From Fonticula alba ATCC 38817 (lineage: Eukaryota > Protista > Nucleariida), in NCBI GenBank assembly GCA_000388065.2, contig KB932203.1: a stretch of DNA of 16,907 bases, one strand, 5' to 3'. Below are positions 1-7,863 of this stretch, in pieces (position 1 is the stretch's first letter; each line of letters opens with the position of its first letter). The notes under the pieces are model-generated. The model had not been told where the DNA came from. It did no database searches and worked only from the letters and a program-made list of their open reading frames with translations. A program made the translations under genes and the position numbers.

Positions 1-14
1 CTGTTCCCCCGATC

Positions 15-1922
15 CTACCTGGGCATCGCATCGTCCATGACGGCAGGACTGCCGGTGCAGGCGAGAGCGCCAGGGAGGTGGGCGGAAGCAGCAAAGGCAG
101 GGGGGAGGAGCAGGCAGCGAGAGCACGCACATCTCGAAGGTGTTCAGACGGTCGACCAACTGGCAGGCGGCGCACACGCGCGAGCTCGAAACGTGCCCGC
201 ATACGGAGCAGACCCCCTGCGTGGGCAGGCGAGTGCCCTGCCGGGCGGTCGTCAGCGCCTCGCCACTGTGGATGATGTCTACATGCGGGGAGGGCGCGGG
301 GACAGGAGGGCGCAGAGGACGAGGGAAAAGGGGGTGAGTGTCCCGGAGGCCCACGAGCAAAGGGACAAGAGGGTCTGGATGCCCGTCGGGGGGCCTGTGT
401 GCGCACCCAAAATGGCGCTCGGCCGCGCTGTCTCCAGCTGCTTGAGGAAGACCCGCGCATGGCCGCGGTACGCATGCGGAGAGTACACGCAATCGGTGGC
501 CACATAGTCCAGCCGCCGGAAGAAGGCATACATGACGATCTCCTTCTCGTAAGCATACTTCAGGGGCTTGCACCGTGGAACCACCGGCACATCGCCCGGG
601 CCATCGGACCCGGACGTGTGAGTGACGATGGCCGTGCAGCGCGTCAGCCGTGCGATGTCCCCACGGAGGACTGGGGCGGATGGTGGCGGGCTTAGTATCC
701 CAGGCAACTCCATGGCCAGCACGCGAGGCTGGTGCCGGGTGCGAGTGGGCAGGCTGAAAAGGAGGGGGGGAGGCTCGGAAAAGTGGGGGGGGGGGGGGGG
801 GAGGGGGAGGGCACAAGATGGGCAAAGAAAAGGGGGAGGGCAGCGGAGCGGGAGGGGGGAAAGAGGGGACCATGAGAAGAACATGCGCACGGTTCATCAG
901 CACGGTCTCGGCGATGTCATCCGCATTGTGGCCAGTGACGATCAGATCCGCGCGCAAGCGGGCCGCGCCACGGTCCAGCGCCTGGCGGCGGAAGACCCCG
1001 CAATAGGTGCCTGTGTGACAGTGGTGGGGCGGAGAGAGAGAGAGAGAGAGGGAGGGGGGCCACCAGGCAAATGGGGACATGTAGTGGGAGGTGTCCACGA
1101 ACGGGAGAGCGGGGCCCGGGAGGGGGGAGAGATAGTGGCATGTGGGTGTGCGCCGCACAGTTGCCCTTCTGACCGATGGTCTGCACCACCCGATCCATGG
1201 TCCAGCCGGCGAAGAGCTCCGCATGGGACACCACCTCCAGCGGAAGGCCCAGGCTGCCGGCGGCGTGCGGATCGTCGGCCACGCCATCCGGGCATGTGGG
1301 GGCCGCCGTGCCGACGGCCCAGGTGTCATTGCGCCGGACGTCCGACGGATCCAATGGCGGCAGGCCGGCAGTTCGCCGGACCGCCGCCAGCGAGTCATCC
1401 CGATAGCCGGCGATGCCCTCATCGATGGAAAGAAGCGAGAAGTGCACGCCATACTGGTGGCGCGCGTCCAGCCGGGTGAGCACGTGCGCCAGCACGGTCG
1501 AATCTGACACACCAGCCGGAAGAGGTCAGCGCCATGCCCCGGGCACAAGTGGGGAAGCCGGAAAGGGCGAGGAAGGGCAGGCAGTGGGAACGGGGGGGGG
1601 GAACGAAGGGTGCATACCCTTGCCGCCGGACGCGGCGATGGCCACGCGCATGCCAGGGCGGAAGAGCTTGTTCGACACGATGGTCTGGTGCACCTCCTCC
1701 TCGAAGATGTCAAGGAAGCATTGCTGCGGGTAGGGGCGGCACGGAGGGGTGGCGCGTGAGGGAGGGTGTCAACTGGGCCCGCGTGAATCGCGCTGGGGGG
1801 AGGCGTGTGTGAAGGGAGCGAAAGAAGGACAAACAACCAGGGCGCACCTTACACACGAACGAGCCGTCCTTCGGCCGCTTCAGGGCTGGCGGGCGCTCGT
1901 GGCAGAGGTGACACTTGGACAT
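15..1922 (-). CDS. CTU1: Cytoplasmic tRNA 2-thiolation protein 1 (Ctu1/Ncs6, TtcA/TtuA family PP-loop ATPase); 7 exons, 363 aa
   Basis: Manual splice model: complement(join(15..48,131..278,407..670,891..1010,1159..1503,1618..1723,1848..1922)) = 1092 nt, all introns GT..AG, frame continuous. Translation has N-terminal CHLC and CKQC, the PP-loop [75 protein letters not shown]-like [11 protein letters not shown] and C-terminal CSVC/CAAC. These are the diagnostic Ctu1/Ncs6 motifs. The last small exon (15..48) is the least certain. Confidence 0.95.
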
Positions 1923-2156
1923 GGCGGGACGAGAGAAGAAGCGGCCGCTCGGTCGNNNNNNNNNNNNNNNNNNNNNNNNNNNNNNNNNNNNNNNNNNNNN
2001 NNNNNNNNNNNNNNNNNNNNNNNNNNNNNNNNNNNNNNNNNNNNNNNNNNNNNNNNNNNNNNNNNNNNNNNNNNNNNNNNNNNNNNNNNNNNNNNNNNNN
2101 NNNNNNNNNNNNNNNNNNNNNNNNNNNNNNNNNNNNNNNNNNNNNNNNGGGCAGAG

Positions 2157-2225
2157 GAGGGCGGAAAGCGGGGGGATGAGAGGGGGACAGATCTGCGGGT
2201 GTCGGGTGAGGGCGGAAAGCGGGGG
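2157..2225. repeat. 18-bp direct repeat GAGGGCGGAAAGCGGGGG (2157-2174 and 2208-2225) upstream of CTU1
   Basis: Two exact copies 51 nt apart, each containing a GC box (GGGCGG) overlapping CGGAAA. Confidence 0.8.
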
Positions 2226-2262
2226 CAGGGGGCGGGCGCCCATCAGTGGCGGATCTCTGGCC

Positions 2263-2851
2263 ATTGGTCTCTCGCGAGCCAGCCAGCCGGCCCGCCCGCC
2301 CGCCCGCCCAGGCCCCAGCTCATGCCCAGGGTGCGGGAGGGGAAGGCACCGCAGGAAGATCGCTCCCGCGCGCCCTGCCGGCCGGGAGTGGTGGGCGAGG
2401 TCCCCCCGCTTGTCCACCGTGCGGGCCCGGCTCCAGCGCGGAGATCCTAGAACCCCGGTACTCGGGGCCGTCGCGCCTTTAGATCGTAAATTGGGATTCC
2501 GCGCTTAATTCACACGCCGGGTGGCAGTTCGCCCGAGCCATATGTTACGGGCCAATATTATTGGCTAGGTTATCCCCGTTCCTTGCGGTTAGCCCAGCAG
2601 TGGTGGCCAATCCCCTGCGGGGATGGAAAAAAGCCCACACCCAAGCGCGTTAGCACCCCTGCGGAGGCCATCGCCGCTCGCCCTCCCGGAAAGAGACCGA
2701 GGGCCCTACTTCCTCCGGGGGGCAAGCCCACAGGCTGTTCCCTGCGGCGCGGGGCCGGAGAGGTGCCAATCGTTGCGCAATCCAGGCTAGTGTCTCCCAA
2801 AGAGCGGCCCTCGTTCTCTTCCCGTGCCGGCCCCCGGTGCGCAGCGCCAAT
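2263..2851. promoter_or_regulatory. Cluster of CCAAT boxes in the divergent CTU1/RPLP0 intergenic region
   Basis: ATTGG at 2263-2267 and 2560-2564; CCAAT at 2552-2556, 2607-2611, 2766-2770 and 2847-2851. Function is inferred from position only. Confidence 0.4.
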
Positions 2852-3261
2852 GTGTGCCCGCCAGGTGTTGTCCCCCCCCCCCCCGACGAGACGCCGCGCC
2901 GGCGAGGGGGGTCGGCCATATTTCCGTCGGGGCCGGTGCGCAGGGAGTCCCAGAGCCCAGGGGGGGGGGGGGGGGGCCGAGTTGTGTTCGTTGGACGGGC
3001 GGGGGGCACCCCTCCTCTAGCGCGCCCGGAACAGCGTCTCTCATCTTGGGAGGGGGGCAAGGTGCGTGGGTGGGTGGTGCGTTGCGGCGTGACCCCCGGA
3101 GGGGGGTGTTGCGTCCGCACGGAAGCGCTCTCTCCCCCGTGTTCCTCCTGGGCAGGGGGGAGAGTGGGTTGCGGGGGGGGGGGGGCGCGGACCCCGGCGG
3201 TGTGTCTCCCAGCCGCTGCCTGTGGGTGCGGGGGAGGGGCGGGGCGGGGAGCCGCCCGGGG

Positions 3262-3270
3262 TATATATAT
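3262..3270 (+). promoter_or_regulatory. TATA-like element (TATATATAT) upstream of RPLP0
   Basis: Isolated AT run in very GC-rich DNA, preceded by tandem GGGGCGGGG boxes (3230-3249) and followed by an AT-rich putative 5' UTR exon. Confidence 0.5.
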
Positions 3271-3362
3271 GTATTTTGGGCCCCAGGGTGGCGGCCGCAT
3301 AGCCGCATGCCTGGGTCCCAAACAATATCTCAAATTCGTTTGAGATTTTTTCATCGTTGGTG

Positions 3363-3567
3363 GTTCGTGTGCCCTTCCTCCATTTTTTTGTCCTCCTGCC
3401 CCTCGCCCCCCCCCTGTCATTCGGATGCACCCTCCGGAAACGCACATCCGACCGACTCGCCACGCCGCCGCCGCCGCCGCCGCCTGACACCTCATCCCTC
3501 CCCCACCTCTCTCTCGTTCCCTCCCCGCCTCTCTGTTTCGCCCCCCCCCCCGGCCCCGCCCCGACAG
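3363..3567 (+). other. Predicted 5' UTR intron of RPLP0
   Basis: Donor GTTCGT at 3363 (the same donor hexamer is used at 7141), CTGAC branch-like motif at 3483, long pyrimidine tract, and CAG acceptor ending at 3567, 37 nt before the ATG. Confidence 0.6.
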
Positions 3568-3604
3568 TCTTTAAATCCTTAGAGTACCCTCGATCACAGA
3601 CAAG

Positions 3605-4543
3605 ATGTCGAAGGGAGACGCCAAGGCCAAGAAGGCCATCTATTTCGAGAAGCTCCACAGCCTGCTCGTCAACTACCCGAAGATCTTCATCGTGGAGGCG
3701 GACAATGTCGGCTCTCAGCAGATGCACCTGACCCGTCAGTCCCTCCGTGGTGAGGCTGAGATTCTCATGGGTAAGAACACCATGGTCCGCAAGATCATCC
3801 GTGAGGCTGTCGACAACAACCCCGACCTGGAGCGCCTGCTGCCGCACATCAACGGCAACATCGGCTTCGTCTTCACCAAGGGCGACCTGAAGGACGTCCG
3901 TGCCAAGATCATGGCCCAGCGTGTTGCTGCCCCCGCCCGTGCCGGTGCCATCGCCCAGCAGGACATTTGCCTCGAGCCGCACAACACCGGCCAGGGTCCC
4001 GAGAAGACCTCTTTCTTCCAGGCCCTGCGCATCAACACCAAGATTACTCGTGGTACCATTGAGATTCTGAACAAGGTCACCCTTATCGCTGAGGGCGAGA
4101 AGGTCGGCCCCTCTGAGGCTGCTCTCCTCAACATGCTTGGCATGTCCCCCTTCACCTACGGTCTGACCGTGCGCACCATCTACGACTCCGGTGCCATGTT
4201 CTCCCCGGAGATCCTCGACATCGACGAGGACGTCCTCCTCGGCCACATCCGTGCCGGTATCGCCAACGTCGCTGCCGTTTCTCTGGCCGTCGGTGTGCCC
4301 ACCAAGGCCTCCGTCACCCACTCCATGGTCAACGGTTTCAAGAACCTGCTCGGTGTTGCCGCCGCCACCGACCTGTCCTTCCCCGCCGCCGAGAAGATCA
4401 AGGAGTACCTTGCCGACCCGTCCAAGTTCGCCGTCGCCGCCGCCCCCGTTGCCGCTGCCGCTGCCCCCGCCGCCGCTGCCGCCGCCCCGGTCGAGGAGTC
4501 CGACGAGTCCGACGACGATATGGGCTTCGGTCTCTTCGACTAA
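3605..4543 (+). CDS. RPLP0: 60S acidic ribosomal protein P0 (uL10), 312 aa, intronless CDS
   Basis: Single ORF with uL10 motifs ([71 protein letters not shown]), an Ala/Pro hinge and the conserved P-protein C-terminus [16 protein letters not shown]. Codon usage is strongly biased, as expected for a highly expressed gene. Confidence 0.99.
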   Translation: MSKGDAKAKKAIYFEKLHSLLVNYPKIFIVEADNVGSQQMHLTRQSLRGEAEILMGKNTMVRKIIREAVDNNPDLERLLPHINGNIGFVFTKGDLKDVRAKIMAQRVAAPARAGAIAQQDICLEPHNTGQGPEKTSFFQALRINTKITRGTIEILNKVTLIAEGEKVGPSEAALLNMLGMSPFTYGLTVRTIYDSGAMFSPEILDIDEDVLLGHIRAGIANVAAVSLAVGVPTKASVTHSMVNGFKNLLGVAAATDLSFPAAEKIKEYLADPSKFAVAAAPVAAAAAPAAAAAAPVEESDESDDDMGFGLFD

Positions 4544-5084
4544 GCGCGCATCCTCCGCCCTCGGGCCGTGTGTGTCGCGGCTTCGCGCCTTGCCGCCGCT
4601 CCTCTCCTCCGTCTCGCCTCCTCCACCTCCCTCCTGCCGCGTGCCCTGCTATTTTGCTGGGCCGCGCATGTGTGCGTGTGTGGTGTGCCGGCGATCGCGG
4701 GGGGGCCGGAGCGAGGGATGGCCAATGTCGTCGCCCGGCGGCCCGTGTGGGTGCCCTTACACGCGCGCGCCCGCCTGATGATGGCGTGTGTGCTGTGCGT
4801 GGTCGATCGAGAAAGAATCACAAAGCGGCGCCCGGGGTTCTGCTGCTGCTGCGTCTGTGTGCCCCCCCCCCTCCTTCGGAAGGGGCAGGGGCCCGGTGCC
4901 GCTGCCGTTGTCCTCCTGTGCACGCTGGCCTTCTGAGTCACTTGCGACACATCAATACAGTTCCCGGATTGTAGCCGTAATTTGCCTTGTCTCTGTCGCC
5001 CCCCTCCTCCTCTCGCGCGCGCGCCGCGCCGCCGCTCTTTCCCCTGTGGGGCAACAAGCTGGCAGCGGGGCGGGTCTTTCCCCT

Positions 5085-5186
5085 TGTGTGTGTGTGTGTG
5101 TGCGCGGAGGGAGGCAGGGTTTGCGCACATGTGTGTTGGCACACGCCTCGGCGGCGACGGGCGTGTGTGTGTGTGTGTGTGTGTGT
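5085..5186. repeat. Two (TG/GT)n microsatellites (5085-5102 and 5163-5186)
   Basis: Directly visible dinucleotide runs in the RPLP0 / LRR-gene intergenic region. Confidence 0.9.
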
Positions 5187-6293
5187 GGGCCCATCATCTG
5201 CTCCCCGGCGTGGTTGGGCGGGCCGGGTTGTGCACACCCGTGTGGGGGCGCGCGGAACAGGGCGGCTGGACGAGCATATGCCATGTACTGCGCATGTGGT
5301 GGGTGCGGCACAACTGACGGCGCCGGGCACCCCCCCTCTGTGTTCCGACCGACGCGCGACATATTACCCGCAAACTTCGGGGCGTCCTCCCGTTCTCCTC
5401 CTCCCCGCGGGGTTCCGATCAACCAGATCCCAATATCACATGGTATATCCCCAAAAAGATCACGCGGAACACACCACATCACCGCCATGCAATCCATCAT
5501 GCCGCGCACCCTTTTTTTTTTCCACCTTTCTGCCCTCGTCCGCGCGCCCACCCGGGGGAGGAGAGGCGGCGCGGTGCGTGTGCGGGCGGGGGGGGGGGGG
5601 CGTCCCGAGTGCATCGCCCCCCTCCNNNNNNNNNNNNNNNNNNNNNNNNNNNNNNNNNNNNNNNNNNNNNCCCCCCCGGTCTGGCATCCATACGCCCACA
5701 GGGCGAGAGGCCCCTGCCACGCCAGGCTTCCTCTTTCGTGTTTCTGGCGCCCACTCTCCTGCTTTCGCAGGGCGCGAGATGCCTGCGCAACGGATGGCGG
5801 GAACCCTGCGGAAAGGACCGGCAGGGCGGGTGTGCTTGGCCGAGGGGCGGGGGGGGGGGGGGCAGTTTGCGACCAAGGCAGTTGGGGAGCCGGGCGCGCA
5901 CTGACTAGGGTGGTGTGCCGCCGACCCGGGAGGGTCGTGTTGTGGCGGCCGCCGGCCGCACCCGCTCCCGCGCTTCAATCCATCGCCGGCCGAGCAAGCC
6001 CCGGGCTTTCGCCCGCCCCCTCCCCTTGACCCTCGTCCCCACCCTGGCCGTCCCATCTGCTGTCGCCCCCGGGGGCGGCAGCAGGGAGGGCCTCTGATTG
6101 AAATGCCCGGCGCGGATCGACCGTCGCCGCTGTGGACAAGCATGCACTCCCCCTCCACCGCCCCCCTCGCCTGCTGCTGGTCGTCCCCTCGCGCTCCCTC
6201 TCTGCCCCCTTCTCCGTCCCCTTCTCTGCCCCCCCCTCCCCTCCCTTCCCCTCCGCCCTACACTCGCAAACCGCCGCGCGCCCCGTCCATAGT

Positions 6294-7828
6294 ATGAGCG
6301 AATCGGGCCCGTACTTCTCGCCACGAGAGAGTTACCGGCTCCAAACCAACACCCGCGAGTCCGAGTGGTACTCCCCGGCGTCGCAGCTCCCCTGGGAGAA
6401 CCACCTGTCCTTTTCATCGGTCCACACGGCCCTGGCATCGCGGCAACAGGGCTCCCCCGGGCCCGGGGGCACACCGCCGCCACCGCCATCGACGCCGCCA
6501 CTTCCGCCGCCCGGGGGATCGGCCCCCTCTGGACCGGGGGCGGCGGCGGTGGCAGCCGCCGCGGCCGCGGCCGCCGCCGTCGCCGGAGCCCCCCCAGCGC
6601 GTGACATTGTCTGGAATGCCACTGTCCAGCGGTCAGACAGCCTCCTGCCGGCCACCTACCAGCCGGTGTACTACCCGACCGTGTACTTTGGCCGGGCGGC
6701 CGAGCTACCGCGGCTGCTGAAAAACCTCTTCCTCTCGCACACTGGCACCCTGCCGGCCGACATTTACTTCCGGTCACTGCCGGGGTTCGATCAATTGGCG
6801 GCCGGTGGCGACCGGGGGCGGCCGGGCTCCGGGGCGGCCACGGCCCCGGCATCCGGACGCCCGGCTCGCGGGGGTCGCGCCTCCGGCGGCCGGGGATCCT
6901 CCAAGGGTTCTGGCCGGGCAGCCACTGCGGCCGCGGCCGCGGCCGCCATCCCCCCCGGCAGCACCACATCTGACACCCCTGTGTCGGCGCCCTTTGGCGA
7001 ACTCACGCAAGCTCTGATCGCGGCCGCCGCCCGGGGCAGTGACACCGAGCCGACCGCCGAGAACTCTCGGATACTCACCTTCCGCCTGGGCCTCAACAGC
7101 TTCAACCTCCCGCGGCCGAACTTGCGCACGCTGGTCATTGGTTCGTCGGACACCGCCCCCCCCCCCCCCCCCCCCGGCGGCTCTGGCGCCCGTCTTGCCG
7201 CCCTCCTGCCTTGCCGCCCATATGCCCCTCCCAGGCCCGCGTGCTGACCGTCTTCCCCGACTCTCTCCCCTGCCCCTCTCTCCCTCGCGTGTCCGCACAC
7301 AGAGGGCGACATCGGAGATGAGGGTGCCGTGGCCCTGTCGACCTTGATCCGCGGGTCCAAGTCGGATTTCTCGCTGATCGACCTGTCTGGCGCGCTCGGA
7401 TCCATCACGGCCTTCGGCCTGTCGGTCATCCTTGGCCGGGTGGTGGCCATGAACTCGCCGATCGTGTACCTGAATTTGGGCGGTGCGCTCTTCGCCTTTG
7501 CCCCCCCCCCCCCGCGCTCCTGCCGTCCCACTCACCATTTGTACCGCGCCGGGTCCGACTGCCCCATCGGTCTCGCTGTTGCCCTTGCCCCCCCATCCCC
7601 CCCCCAACGAAGGCCATCTCCTTGGGTCGTTGTCGGTTTTCGATTCGCCGGCTCTGGCCCCCCTGCTGGCGAGCTTCGCCAAGCCGGATGACCGCGGGTG
7701 TGACATTTGCTCACTCGGGTCCCTGTCGGCCGGGGTGTTTCCGATTTCCGGCAGCCTGACACCGCACCTGTGCCAGGTCCATGCCCTGTGCCTGGAGGCC
7801 GGGCTCTTCGACATGCCGGACCCGCCGA

Positions 7829-7863
<35 letters not shown>

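Noticed and set aside
37-1733. Multiple plus-strand ORFs overlapping CTU1
   Set aside because: They are antisense to a well-supported spliced gene, are low-complexity, and are expected by chance at this GC content.
2470-2500. CGCCTTTAG as the U5 snRNA loop I
   Set aside because: It does not match the invariant GCCUUUUAC loop, and the flanking stem and Sm site are absent.
3041-4321. 426-aa minus-strand ORF
   Set aside because: It is the antisense shadow of RPLP0. Biased codon usage suppresses antisense stops, and the ORF has no recognisable motifs.
4776-4936. C/D box snoRNA (CTGATGA at 4776, CTGA at 4933)
   Set aside because: No terminal stem, no clear C'/D' boxes and no rRNA-complementary guide that I could recognise.
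6103-6292. Upstream coding exon starting at ATG 6103 and spliced to 6293
   Set aside because: Phase-compatible donors exist (6123, 6132) but neither matches the donor consensus seen elsewhere. It is left as start-site uncertainty only.
6780-6800. GGTTCGATC as a tRNA T-loop
   Set aside because: It lies inside a coding exon and no cloverleaf or acceptor stem can be formed.
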